A DNA stretch of 64,000 nucleotides, from the NCBI RefSeq assembly GCF_006345805.1, contig NC_042999.1, forward strand, positions 3,844,001-3,908,000. The letters run 5' to 3'. Below, one piece after another: positions 13,290-26,677 of this stretch (its first letter is position 1; each line of letters begins with the position of its first letter). The notes beneath the pieces are model-generated. The model saw only the letters and a program-made list of their open reading frames with translations, had not been told where the DNA came from and did no database searches. The position numbers were made by a program, and so were the translations under genes. The stretch comes from Octopus sinensis (lineage: Eukaryota).

Positions 13290-13665
13290 GAATGCTGATT
13301 GTTTGTTGAGCGAAGCGGTCTTCATCCTGTAATGGGAGAAGTCCAAAACGTGGTCTTTTGCTATTTGGAAGACCCACGGAAGAGAAAGCAGGTCAACCCC
13401 TGACACCAAGAGCATCGACGGATGGATGAATGCGCATCCAGTCTCAGTGGTTGTGTAGGAAGTCGGGGACAAGAAACAGGAAGAAAGAGTTAGAGAAAGT
13501 TGGAGCGAAAGAGTACAACAGGGGTTGTACCACCCCCTGCCGGAGCCTCGTGGAGCTTTAGGTTTTTTCGCTCAATAAACACACACAACGCCTGGTCTGG
13601 GAATTGAAACGGCGATCCTCCGACCACGAGTCCACTGCCCTAACCACTGGGCCATTGCGCCTCCA
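13290..13665 (-). mobile_element. tRNA(Arg-like)-headed SINE, family D
   Basis: Minus strand ggaggcgcaatggcccagtggttagggcagtggactcgtggtcggaggatcgccgtttcaattcc: A and B boxes, with TCG at the anticodon-equivalent position. Confidence 0.85.
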
Positions 13666-13863
13666 AGCAATGCTGATGTGCAGTTAGGCAAAATATGTAA
13701 AGTGGTGCCAGTTATAAAACCAAAGGATCAGAAGATACTGTATTACATTGCATACGTTGCTCAATACTTCTATTGTATTTTGGGAAAGATCCTCCATATC
13801 AAATGTAAGAAAAAATAATCCAAGTGTGCAACGAAAAGTGTTATTATTAGTAACTCTTCATTT

Positions 13864-14148
13864 TAAGAAAATAAGTTGTGATTTGCAGAAGATTTAGTTG
13901 CTTTTTCTAGCAAGGCCAGCAATCACAAATTGGCTCTTTCTTAGGTTCTACTAGAACCAAAGAAAGAGCCAATTTGTGATTGCTGGCCTTGCTAGAAAGA
14001 GCAGCTAAATCTTGAACCAAAGAAAGAGCCAATTTGTGATTGCTGGTCTTGCTAGAAAGAGCAGCTAAATCTTGAAAGAGCCAATTTGTGATTGCTGGCC
14101 TTGCTAGAATGAGCAGCCAAATCTTCTGCAAATCACAACTATTTCTTA
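13864..14148. repeat. Foldback palindrome with 1-nt centre (c13951); right arm carries a 60/60/52-bp triplication
   Basis: Left arm 13864-13950 is the reverse complement of the right side; unit gaaccaaagaaagagcc..aaatctt starts at 13954, 14014 and (shortened) 14074. Confidence 0.9.
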
Positions 14149-14229
14149 TATCACTTTTTAATATAAATTTCTCCCTTTTTTCTTGAGCTAACATACATGA
14201 AAATGGAAATAAATTTGTTCTATGAATAG

Positions 14230-14950
14230 TTGTTATAACATGCTTAATACGAAGGCATTCAGCAGATGGGAAATTGTGCAGTAACAGCAGTTTCTTACAA
14301 ATTTAAATCTGATTCTATATTCTTTGAGGACTTAGATTCTTGTTTCTGAACCAATATAATGCAGCTGTTACCAAACTGGAGAATTGGTGAAACAAGCAAC
14401 CCAAGGTGTGAGTGCATCTGCTATAGAGTAGAAGATAGATGTTCTGCTATTAATATGATCTAACATCTAAACATAGTGCTGATTGCTGATATGATTCACA
14501 GATATAATTAATTAGATTAGAAGAGTTTCTAGTTTCATGTAGAGTACCAGATTTAATCAAAATTCTGACAAGATTGTCCATATCTCTTTTTATTTTCCAG
14601 AACACAAAAGTAGTAAAGTAGAGCAACTCCTCAATTCAGCATTTACTTTTTAGCAAATTGATGTGACTGACATGTTTCTGGAAAATAGACACCTAAATAG
14701 TTGGCCAAATATTTGATCATTTCTTCTGAACTGGAATAGTCACCAATATTATTGGTCAATTTAGGTTTCTTTTAGCCAGGCTTAAATTTGACTTTCATCC
14801 AAAACTAATGCACGGCAATAATTTATTCTGCATCCATACTCCAGCTACCAAGGTTGTGGTAATTTATAATTTATACCTGTTCTAAGTTTATTTGCACTTC
14901 ATCTATCACGTCCACAAAAATTGTACTTTCTGAATACAAAACTAACATGT
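14230..14950 (-). pseudogene. Decayed RTE-clade LINE ORF2 fragment (RT C-terminal part)
   Basis: Manual translation with stops and frameshifts gives IKYL..YLGV and LTPWVACFTNSPV, resembling the RTE YLG and PW...TN.SV segments. Confidence 0.45.
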
Positions 14951-15093
14951 TCTCATTAATATCTGTTTGCACATTAAGGCAGCGAACTAGCAGAATTGTT
15001 ACTGCACCAAACAAAATGCTTAGCAGTATTTTGTCAATCATTATGTTCTAAGTTCAAATGCCACCAAGGCTTTGCCATTCATCCCTTTGGGAT

Positions 15094-15490
15094 CATCATC
15101 ATCATCATCATCATCGTTTAAGATCCGCTTTCCATGCTAGCATGGGTTGGACGATTTGACTGAGGGCTGGCGAACCAGATGGCTGCACCAGGCTCCAATC
15201 TTGATCTGCCAGAGTTTCTACAGCTGGATGCCCTTCCTAACGCCAACCACTCCAAGAGTGTAGTGGGTGCTTTTACATGCCACCAGCACGAGGACCAGTC
15301 AGGCGGTACTGGCAACGACCTTGCTCGGATCTTTTTACACATGCCACTGGCACAGGTGCCAGTAAAGCGATGCTGGTAATGATCATGCTCAAATGGTGCC
15401 TTTTACGTGCCACCGGCACGGAAGCCAGTTAGCCACTCTGGCAACAATCACGCTTGAATGGTGCTCTTAGCACCCTACTAGCACAGGGTT
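15094..15490 (-). mobile_element. Family E RTE-type 3' end
   Basis: (CAT)n, ccatgctagcatgg palindrome, four internal modules. Confidence 0.85.
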
Positions 15491-16347
15491 CATACCAGTT
15501 GAGTGAAGGGGTTGATGCAATTGACATAGACCCCCCTCCCCTGAAATTGCTAGCCCCGTGCCAAAATTTGAAACCCATATTAATTTGCACGTATAGTATA
15601 TACAGACATATGCACATATATATATAGAAAGACCTTACTGTGTAAGCATTAGAAAAAAATAGCCATTACTACTTGTCGAGTGGCTGATGGTTTATTCTAT
15701 GAACCAAGAATGATAGATGAAAGTTGAAAATTTGTTATAAACTAATAAATATATAAACAAACACATTCCTATATGTAATTTGATAAACAAGAGAATGTTG
15801 ACTCAAGCAAAAGATCAGGTTGGCTAAAGATAACTAAATAACATCATACATAGAAAATTCAAAAGTGTAAGTGTTACTAGTTATGACGATATTACTGTTT
15901 TCATTGTGGACAAGCCTTCTCCTCCCATTTTTAAAACACATTTCATCTCATCAATATTCAATAGCCTTTCCTGCTCTGTGTTGTGTCATTAAAGAAGTAA
16001 ACTATGGACCACAACACAAAAGCCACATAATTTGGTTTTAGAAGTTAATTTCATAATCTTCGCAATTATCCCATTTAACTCTATAGCATTTAAACCAGCT
16101 ATATCCAGTTCAAATATTCTGTTCTATGTTCAAATTGGCCAGATCCAACCTCTCACACCTATCCTACAATGTCATTCTAGAAATAAACAATTACATTTTC
16201 AGAGTCTAGAAGCTACCAGATAATGCATAATTGATTCAAAAATAAAGTGACTAACTATTACATGTGATAGAGTAATCATTCTGCTATCTTTTCTTACTTG
16301 CATTTGCTAGTACATTTATGGATACATGTGTTTATATCCATCTAAAG

Positions 16348-16683
16348 CAGAGGTTCTCAAACTTTTTGGGCCACCACCCCCTCATGGCCACATAATACTC
16401 TCAGTGCTCCCACCCCTATTTTTATGTATAAATAAATATTTTATATTTTACTAATTTATAAGTACTATGAAGCATTTGATATTTAATATAATATTATATA
16501 ATTTGTATACAATACTATAATAATATTATAATAAATTCATAGGGTACCCCAATCCACTGCCTTCCTCCCAAAGCCTCCTTTATCTCTACCGTGACCCCCC
16601 ACTTCCCCCTTAGGCACAAGCCCCCACCTGGACTATCTCAACGCTGCCCCAGAGGGTTGTAGCACACACTTTGAGAACCTATG
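16348..16683. mobile_element. hAT-type MITE with 8-bp target-site duplication
   Basis: TIRs cagaggttctcaaa / tttgagaacctatg (13/14); identical ATCTAAAG at 16340-16347 and 16684-16691. Confidence 0.92.
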
Positions 16684-16691
16684 ATCTAAAG

Positions 16692-17020
16692 CATAAATAA
16701 TTTCTCCACTTTGTGGATAGGTCCTTGTCACTTTTTTCCTATTATCATTGACCACATGGTGAGCAAATCTTTCCCTGTGGCTAAGGCATTTTTCTTGTCC
16801 TTCAGAATAATGAAGATTCATTAATTAGTACAATGCAAACCACATGTGGTTGAATTTAGCTATTTTCTGTTCTTCACGTTTTTCGCAGCAATTAATTATT
16901 TTTCTTTCTGACTTTAAAATGGAAATGGCTTCCTTTGTTCTATGCCTGATAGATTGGTCAATACAGAAATCATCCTTTTTACATGACATCTTTGAGGGTG
17001 GTAAACCTGCAGACACCAAA
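16692..17020 (-). pseudogene. Possible decayed LINE reverse-transcriptase fragment interrupted by the hAT MITE
   Basis: QSIRHRTKEAISIL resembles the GFR...T.EAI..L segment of RTE RT; one in-frame stop; weak similarity only. Confidence 0.3.
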
Positions 17021-17054
17021 GGTGAATGAAAGTTGCTAACCTATAATTATACTA

Positions 17055-17377
17055 GCACTCCATCGCTTATGATGACAAGGGTTCCAGTTGATCCAATCAA
17101 CGGAACAGCCTGCTTGTGAGATTAACATGCAAGTGGCTGAGCACTCCACAGACACATATAACCCTTCACATACTTCTCAGGGAGATTCAGCATGACACAG
17201 AGTGTGACAAGGCTGGCTCTTTGAAATATAGGTACTACTCATTTTTACTAGTTGAGAGGACTGGAGCAATGTGAAATAAAGTGTCTTGCTCAAGGACAAA
17301 ATGTACTGCTGGGAATCGAACTCAAGACTCTATGATTGCGAGCCAAATACTCTAACCACTAAGCCACGTGCCTTCAC
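17055..17377 (-). mobile_element. tRNA-derived SINE, family C
   Basis: Minus-strand head gaaggcacgtggcttagtggttagag..gagttcgattccc, central tccttgagcaagacacttt; tail shared with the family D copy at 39249. Confidence 0.85.
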
Positions 17378-17569
17378 AAAATATGATTAATGCTGGGAGA
17401 AAACACAATATTGCAGCTTGAAGTAACCGACTTATTTGGTATGTGAGAATGTTTGACTATGTTCTTTCTCACATGTCCATGAGTGGCTGATTCACAATTG
17501 AAGTTCCCTATATATCACATAGGGGACTGTATATACATACATATACACCTGCATATAGGCACAGATATG

Positions 17570-18025
17570 GATGGCTGTGTGATAAGACACTTGCTTCCCA
17601 ACCACATGGTTCTGGGCTCAGTTCCACTGTGTGGTACCTTGTGAGTGGATTTGATAGACAGAAACTGAAAGAAGCCCATCATATACATGTGTGTGTGTGT
17701 GCATGCATAAGCATGTGGGTGTGCATGTTTGAGCTTGTGTATGTGCATGTCTGGCACATGCATGTATGTGCACATGTGTGTGTGTGCATGTGCGTCCATG
17801 TGTGTGCACACATGTATGCCCTTACATCTGTGTATGTCCCCCATCACTGCTTGACAACCGGTGTTGGTGTGTTTGCGTCCCCATAATATAGTAGTTTGGC
17901 AAAAAAAACTGACAGAATAAGTACCAGTCTTAAAAAATTAAGTGCTGGGGTTGATTTGTTCAATTAAAAAATTCTTCAAGGTGATGCCCCAGCATGGCCG
18001 GGGTCTAATGACTGAAATGAGTGAA
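17570..18025 (+). mobile_element. Family B SINE
   Basis: Co-linear with the other B copies, with a small internal deletion. Confidence 0.85.
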
Positions 18026-18084
18026 AAATAAACGACACATAGAAATAATTGTTTTTTATTTCTAACACAAGCACAGAACAACAA

Positions 18085-18450
18085 AATGGAGAAAAAGGGG
18101 TTCGATGAATAAATATATGCCAGTACATTAGTAATTCAATTTAACAACTGCAAAGGATTGAAAGCAAAGCTGACCTCAGCAGAATTTGATCTCAGAATGC
18201 AAAGAACTGAAACTAAATACCTATTTCTTTACTACCCACAAGGGGCTATACATGGAAGGGACAAAGAAGGACAGACAAACGGATTAAGTCGATTACATCA
18301 ACCCCCAGTGCATAACTGGTTCTTAATTTATCGACCCTGAAAGGATGAAAGGCAAAGTCAACCTCGGCGGAATTTGAACTCAGAATGTAACAGCAGATGA
18401 TGTACTGCTAAGCATTTCGCCCCGCATGCTAACGTTTCTGCCAGCTCGCC
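18085..18450 (-). mobile_element. Family A SINE dimer
   Basis: Head at ~18450, full body, then a second partial body beyond the gaaataggtattt junction. Confidence 0.8.
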
Positions 18451-18859
18451 GCATTATCTGAAACTAAATATCACAAAGTATTTTACCCAATGCTCCAACG
18501 ATTCTGAAGCACAGATACAAATCAATACTACACATAGATGCATAATTTAAATATCAGTGTATATCTGTGATACAAAGTAGGTCTACACATAGTAGAGCAA
18601 GTTGTGTTGGAAGTATAGTAACTGAATCATCATTTCCTAAAACAAATGACATTACACCAGTTTATGAAGAAGAGAGCAAGGAATTCAAAATCAATAGAAA
18701 CAGCATAAATGTATATGGGAAGCATACTCTGAATTTACACCTCTGCTCCAATTTTACATGTGTACACAGATACACATACACATGTATATATGTGTACACA
18801 CACATATACATAAGCCTGCACACATACATTTATATATATTATATACATTTGTATATATG

Positions 18860-18912
<53 letters not shown>

Positions 18913-21900
18913 CACACACACGTTCATACACAAAAATATACATATACACACATGTATGCATATATATATTGTGTGAATGTGTGTGTTTATGCTATCATTC
19001 TATAGCCTCCTAATTCCAGATTGCATTACACGATGTCTACACAATGTCACTGTAATTTAAGTGTAGGCTAATAAATGTCATGCCACTGTTAAATCACTTT
19101 TTCAGTACACACTGCAGAAACCATAAATGATACAAGAGCATAATGGAAGAATATTCAGTTTTCTTTGGGCGTTTTTTTTCCCACCTTTTTCTTCAGATAA
19201 TTTCCAAATCCACTCATAATTTTGCATGTGCATTAACATCTTCACACACATAAATATACATAGACATCCACTCCTTCACATATACTTTTATTCAGAAATA
19301 GATGTATGTTCTGGTTGAATTATTTATACTGTAACATTCTTATTGCCAGCACCTGAGGGTAATAAAGATACAAAGCAAAAATAAGAGAATACACAGAAAC
19401 ATGAATGTATAATCCTTTTCAATAGACAGATAATACTAATATACCACTGCAAGAGAAACAAGAAAATAAAGTGGAATAAGTGAGAGGTGGCATCATAAAG
19501 GAATTTTTGCTGTGAGCAAGGATGGTTGTTGGAGACTCAATAAAAATAATTTATAGCTCAATATTATTCTATTTATCAATAGGAATAGAAGACTTAATGG
19601 TGAAAGATAGTGTGCATTTGTCTGAAAGCCATATTTTATTTTATTTTTTATTTTATTTTATTTTATGTATGAACTTTTTTTTGTAATTGGTGTTCTACTT
19701 GTTTTTCTTTTGGGTCTGAGAAAGAAAGCTGTCGCCAGTTATGAGCAGAGAAATTTATTCTGAGAGTGTGTTTAACTTGGCTATTGTGATGGTTCGGTTG
19801 GCTATCACAGCTGGTTTTGTCAGGTTCGCAGGAACAAGAATTTTTTTTTTAAAGGAAAAACAAAGAAATCGTGTGCATGTGTATATATGTGTACATATAT
19901 GCACACACACACACACACACATCCACATTATCAATAAATAATTCCCCCCAAAAAAGATAAACGACATCACTTAATCCATAAGTAGTGTCTGCCACCAACA
20001 CCTGTTAAGTCATAAACTCTACCCCCGTAGTTGGCTCTTGCGATTATATCTTCCACTACATCAAGAATTCTACTTTAACAATCATTATTTTCAAGTCTGT
20101 TGGCTTTCAGAGAAATAATAGAATTTTCAATCCAGCTCATTTTGAACTTGGTAATATTTTTAGACAATAGAATCTGTCTCAGATGGAATCTATAAAATTA
20201 AGATAGTTGATTGTTGACAAGGTTGTGACTCAAAATTCGCAATCATGTTTCAAAAGTCCACACCTTAGAATTTATCTCTGGTGTTTATGGTAGCATCCAA
20301 TCTGTTGCAACTGTTTGGAACCTGTCCATGTCCCATTCCTTCCACCTAAATTTTCTCTCTGCTGACAGACACAAGCATGGCTGTGTGGTTTTGAGTTCAG
20401 TCTCAATGCATAGGACTTTATAGACCATAGTTAACCAATAGATGAGTTGATTTGGTAGATGGAAACCAAAAGAATCCTTCTTTGTGTATGTGTAATTGTG
20501 AGACTGTGCGTGTATGAGCACATGTGAGTGTGTGTGTTTGTGAGTTCTTGTCTTGAGATTTCTTGATAGCTACAAACAAGTAAAACAGTCATCAATCAAC
20601 ATTCATTTCCAGTCTTCCATGGAAACATGTCCAGCCAAAGGAAAGTATTGCCTTATCTTTAGAAACAGGTGAAGAGCACTCACAGGGAGGACATCTAGCC
20701 AATGAAAATCCAATTCAACAGCTGAGTTATTCTCAAAGTGTAACAACACACACACACACACACACGTGCTTCTTTCAGTTTCCATCTGTTAATCCACTTA
20801 TAGGGCTTTGATTAGGGGCTTCAGTAGGGGACACTTGCCTAAGGTACAATGCAGTACAACTGAACCCTAAACTGCATGGTTGATTAACAAACTTCTTAAC
20901 CACAAGGTCGTGCCTGTCCTTTGTTTTCATCTTAAATAGTACCAGTAATATAATAGAATACTTGAAAATGTTTCTAAGAAATTAAGTATCTGTGTATATA
21001 TTTTCATTGGTTAAAGCAATATTTTGATGCTGTCAGTTTTCAAACTTATGAACAACATAATTGTGATAGGCATGTCCTTTCTTTTGATGAATTGTTTATA
21101 AATGTGTAAGAAATGCACAAAGACATTACATAATAATTTATAAAACAGTTCATTTCAACAAACATACGGTAAATGGTAACTGTAATAGCTATATTTTCAT
21201 TTGAATTTTTATCCCCTTGAAATGTAAAAATTTTTATAAATTCATTGAAGCAACACAAACTTACAATTGATTTTGACACTTCACAACAAAGAGACAGAAG
21301 ACTGAATAAACAGCATAAATATTGGTAAATATAATTAAGATAGATTGATGGATCACATATATACTTAATATTGATAAATCAAACAGAATATCTCAAACAA
21401 TTTGTTGCCAACAAACAAATAATACTCAACAGAACCACACTTAGAAAAAGACTTGCAGAAACTATTCTATTTAATGGCACATAAAGCACATTTTTTTTCC
21501 CCCACCGAAAAGATGTCTCAAAAAATATTAACCAAGGATCTATATGCAAAATAGCTTTAGATATTACATGCTTTAATGCACTAAAACCTTTTCCTGAATA
21601 TTTGCTGCTGAAACTGGGGTACGTCTAATATGCCTGTGTGTCTTTTATGCTATCAAATGCGGTATATTTTTCTCACTTAGAATATTGGTATAGATACTTG
21701 ATGATATAGTACAGTCGAGATATTTTTCTTGCAAAGGACTGTTGACAGGAAAAGAAAATCAATGCTGCATTGGTACATGTTTATATTCAGTGCCATAAAT
21801 TATTTTTAGCATATGCAAGCACTTTTTTTTTCTTTTCTTGGTAGAGATGCATAAGACTGGAGACGACGTTGGATGTTAGAACTCTCAAAATAACTTGTAT

Positions 21901-21945
21901 GAAATGTCATGCATACAACTAACATTAATTGTCTTTCTTACATAC

Positions 21946-22045
21946 CATTGTGATTTATAAAATAATTTAAAAGGAATGAAGACAAATGTCAATATCAATA
22001 AATTTACAATCTGATGTATGTATATAATATTACTGACTAGAACAT
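21946..22045 (-). CDS. Candidate coding exon with hydrophobic segment: (D)VLVSNIIYIHQIVNLLILTFVFIPFKLFYKSQ
   Basis: Acceptor tttttgtaccattttccag, donor tg|gtatgt, 100 nt, one frame open and two closed. Confidence 0.3.
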
Positions 22046-22503
22046 CTGGAAAATGGTACAAAAATATAAAACTTTGAATGGGAAAAGAAATACTATAATT
22101 AAGTTTTCGATTTAAGCTTAAATAGTGAAAATAAATTTTGACAATATGACAGATTACGTGTGGAATATGAAAACTTACAAGTTACTCTCAAATGCAACAA
22201 GCGAACTAATATATTTTGTTTTTGTATTTGGTTTGCAAGATTCTTGATGTGAACTTATGTTAAAACATATCTTGCATCACAGAAGTGTTCTTGCACATCC
22301 ACCGATTCTATCTCACTTCTTTATTTTTATTAGTTAATTGTTTGAACAACTGACTAAAAGAATTAGTGTTTATTATTGGACATCCATTATTGGACTCCAT
22401 CGGTTACCGTGAGGGTTCCAGTTGATCCAATAAACGAAAGAGCCTGCTTGTGAAATTAACATGTAACTGGCTGAGTATTCCACAGACACCCATACCTTTA
22501 ATG

Positions 22504-22623
22504 TAGAGGCCCAGTAAGACATGGGGTGAGGTGGTGAAGCATGACCTTCAAACGTTGGGCCTCACAGAGATAATGACAAGAGACCAAGACCTCTGGAGAT
22601 ATACTGTGATTGATAAGACTTGA
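22504..22623 (+). pseudogene. RTE-clade LINE ORF2 C-terminal remnant
   Basis: Translates as KTWGEVVKHDLQTLGLTEIMTRDQDLWRYTVIDKT*, matching the RTE C-terminal pattern (TW..vv..Dl..lgl...m..Dr..W). Confidence 0.75.
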
Positions 22624-23147
22624 CAAGTAATGTGAGATCACAGCTGTAGCCTATATCAATGTTACATAACCAGCCCCATGCTCTTTGCAGGCCCTCTGCT
22701 ACAACTGGAATCAGTGTAGTTTATGTTCTTTTTAAATACTGCAAGGGACAACAGCAAGAAAATCAAAAGCACGGAAGGAATTCAAGAAGCTTAAGAATTT
22801 GTGGAGAAAGACAGGATTGGGAATAGGAAATTTATTTAGGGTACATTCAAAATGTACAGGGTTTTAGGAAAGATGAATGATTTGAGAGTGCCTAGGTAGG
22901 TGGCCTGAGACTAACCAACTACGAACTGAAGTTGCTAGAGTTAGCAGCAAAACGGAAATAACAAAGAGACGGTACATCTGATGGTGAGCAAATTCCAATC
23001 AGATCATCTTTTCCTGAATGTGATCTGGGAATCCCGTGTATCTAGCAGCAACACTGCCATTTGTATCATTCAAAACAGTGTTTTCACCAATCAATTTTGA
23101 TAATGGTATCTCCTAAGTCTCAAAAAATAAGGATATTTACAATAAAG

Positions 23148-23535
23148 AAAGTTAGACCATTACAATGAGAGAAGCAAGGGAAGTTAGACCATTACAGTGA
23201 GAGAAACAAGGGAAGTTAGACCATTACACTGAGAAACAAGGGAAGTTAGACCATTACACTGAGAAACAAGGGAAGTTAGACCATTACACTGAGAAACAAG
23301 GAAAGTTAGACCATTACACTGAGAAACAAGGGAAGTTAGACCATTACAATGAGAAACAAGGGAAGTTAGACCATTACAATGAGAAACAAGGGAAGTTAGA
23401 CCATTACAATGAGAAACAAGGGAAGTTAGACCATTACACTGAGAAACAAGGAAAGTTAGACCATTACAATGAGAAACAAGGGAAGTTAGACCATTACACT
23501 GAGAGAAACAAGGGAAGTTAGACCATTACAATGAG
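23148..23535. repeat. 30-bp minisatellite, 13 copies (ccattaca(c/a)tgagaaacaagggaagttaga)
   Basis: gttagacc recurs every 30 bp (32 bp for three units); there are no spacers. Confidence 0.97.
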
Positions 23536-26500
23536 ACGTTTTATGTCATTACTTCCTTTCAGATTCAATTGTCTGAAATTAGGAAAAGACTGCTTTTTAT
23601 CGATTTCTAGGGTACCTATATTGAGATTTCAGCTCCAACTTGTTACTTTAACATTACTCTAGAGCAAAAGTTCTCAACCCATTTTGGCCATATGCCCCCT
23701 TTTGACCCTTGGAGTTACAAATGCCCCCCCTCCCACCCTACAAAATATTTTTATTTTTCAATATCCTACTTATTCTGATGTCAGTAAAAATGATGAAAAA
23801 ATAAAGGACGTCATTTTACGTATAGACTTGTATGCATAGAGTCTAGATTCTAGAGAATAGATTTCCCCACAAGCGATGATACTTTCTATTCAATTTAATA
23901 TACTCTTTTACTCTGGTGACATTTACCATTATATTCCAATAATTCAATGTTTTTTTTTTTTTGTTTAAATCTGACATAAGAAAATATCTCAAGGCATGGT
24001 CAAGGAGTAAATTTAAGAACAAACATTATGAAAAGACTGATCTCATTTTCAAAATAAAAGATTTCATTTATTCAACACTAACATTCAAAGTCATTTATGT
24101 GACATTTTGTTCTGGTTATTTTTGCCATTTATACACTTTTATTATTTTATTTTCATTTCTTCCTTCTTTATTTCTATTGTTCTTTGTAATTCTTGCCTTA
24201 AGTAATCACCTTCAAATATTCCGAACCATATTATTGACTTTGTGACTGAACAGACATTAAATGACAAGTTCTAATGCTGTTTTCATTTTGCAATAAAACA
24301 TTTAACTCAACTAAAAGTAAAGAGGAAAACGAAAAGGGTGAGAATTAAAAGACAAGGAATCCGCATAAGCAAGTCTTTGAGAAGCGGTAAATGGGAGAAG
24401 GAGAAGTAAGCAAAACTAGAAACTTGTAAATGAATGCCAAATAATCTAATGCATTTTCCACTAATTTGTAACAGCTTTATTTTGACAAAATACATTTTTA
24501 AATGTATTATTGTTGCTACAGCTTAATACAGTTTAGCTAAAAGATAGAAATTGGTTTAACATTTATATTTGAAGTGTTCAGAAATTGTTTACACAGCATA
24601 TAAACCATTAAATGAAATTATTAAAAATATAGATAAACATTTTACATCATCTTTTAGACAAGTTATAAATGAATTGTTGAATTAAAATTGGTAAAATTAT
24701 TTTACCTGGTAACTAAATCTACAGCCCAAAGATTCAAAATGGAGCAATAATATGGTTATATATATTAGTTTCTAATTTTGGCACAAGGCCAGCAATTGAT
24801 TAGATTACTTTGACCCAAGTGCTCAAGTGATGCTTATTTTATTGACTCTGAAAGGAGGAAAAGCAAAGTCCACCTCAGCAGAATTTGAACTTAAAAACAT
24901 AAAAACAAGGAACCAATAAGTATTTTGCCTGGTGTGCTAACAATTCTGCCAGCTTTTTTCTTTTCAATTCTGATTACCAAAACAGCAGTCCTAATAATGT
25001 TAATTACATATTCCTCCAATAACTCGAAAGTCTTCTGTAGTTTTTTTTTCTTTTAGTGGGGTGGTGTTTTTTAACAGTCAACATTGACCATGCTTGTCTT
25101 TGATTTTTACTCAGAGTTAGGAGATAGATGATGGCACACTTATTTCCTGATAGAATGGTTGGCAATTATTTTATTGTCTTTGAAACAAAGAGAAATGTAA
25201 CATGATATTCACAGACAATAATTTACTATTTCTATCCTTATATTTTAATCTCTGTTACCACGTCTTTATTGAAATGCACTACCTTCGTTTCACTTAATTT
25301 TTGAAATTAAGGAAGAATTTATCAAAATAGTTTGGCTATTATTAAGCTGGTGTTTGGAACATAATAAAACCTTCCATTAAAATTCCATGTTATAATTTAG
25401 ATCACTTTAAAATAAGAAAATTGTATCGCAAAACCAGTGGTGGTCCTCGGCAGGTTGGTATTAAAGGGGTGAAATATATAATCCAGTGAAATATCATAAT
25501 CAAAAACATTCTAGCAGTGACTTAAGACTACATTCTCCAATGCCTCCCTCTCTTTCCTAAAATAATAGGATGCGACTTAATGGGGAACTGACTGCTATTT
25601 CTAATAGGTCAGCAGACCACATAAAGGCTCCTATTTCTAAGCTAATATAAATTGAAAACTTGAATATATTATACAAATTTAAAGTGAAATATAATTAATG
25701 AAAGTGTTAATATAAACTAAATGGATTAAATAGAAATGCCATACATTTAACTAATTACCACACTATATTTGCAGCTAATTATCAGGATGCATTTACTGAT
25801 AATTATCACACTGTATTTAATGTTATTTTAATATAGAATAATGAAAGCAGTAAGATAATTGAAATCAAACTACAAATATTTTCTATTAGTGTAACTGTTG
25901 TTACTGTCAATACTAATATATTTTCCTTCCAGATATTCTTGTGGGAAGGAAGGGTGACACTAGAAATACCAGTTCATGAGATGAAAATGTTCAAGAACAT
26001 ATGCGTAAATACATGTATTGCTTCATTCAACAGCCGGATGTCTTTCTTGTTGCAACCCTCACCTGTTTCTAAGCAAGATAATATTTCCTCATGTTTAGAT
26101 ATATTTTCACAAAAGATTCATAGCGAAGGACATTGCTTATACAATGGTGTCACTCATTTACATTCATCACACAATGTCATGACAAGACACGCATATGTGT
26201 GTACATATACACACATACATACTTATAACAGGTTTCTTTCAGGGCCAGTCTACCATTTAAAAGGTTTCAATTTGATGGCCTGGGGTCACTCAGAATGCTA
26301 GGGTTTACATAAACATTACAAAGTTTGTTTTTGTATTTGGTTTGCAAAATTCTTATAAGAATTTGTGTGTTGAAACAAAACCAATGGATTAACGATAAAT
26401 TAGAATTGAAAGTGTGCATGTGTTATTATTATTTGTGCAATGACTTTCCCCCAAGACACAACAAAATTTTGAAGTTTATTACCATTAGTATTGTCAGTTT

Positions 26501-26616
26501 TCTTTACATTTTCTTTTCAAGAGCTTCTAATTTTATATTTCATTCACACCATGCAAAGAAAATGGAAGTAGTCCTATAATTAAGATGTCAACAAAAGGAA
26601 TAAAATATGAAGGTAC

Positions 26617-26677
26617 CTGCTCCACCCTCTCCAGCCAAAGCTATATGATGGCAAATATACGGTGGATGAGTTGAAAG
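26617..26677 (-). CDS. Candidate coding exon (LSTHPPYICHHIALAGEGGA or FNSSTVYLPSYSFGWRGWS)
   Basis: Acceptor ttgatttttatatccag, donor cag|gtacct, 61 nt, two frames open. Confidence 0.2.

Noticed and set aside
23148-23535. CRISPR-like regular repeat
   Set aside because: Units are contiguous with no unique spacers, there are no cas genes, and the context is eukaryotic.
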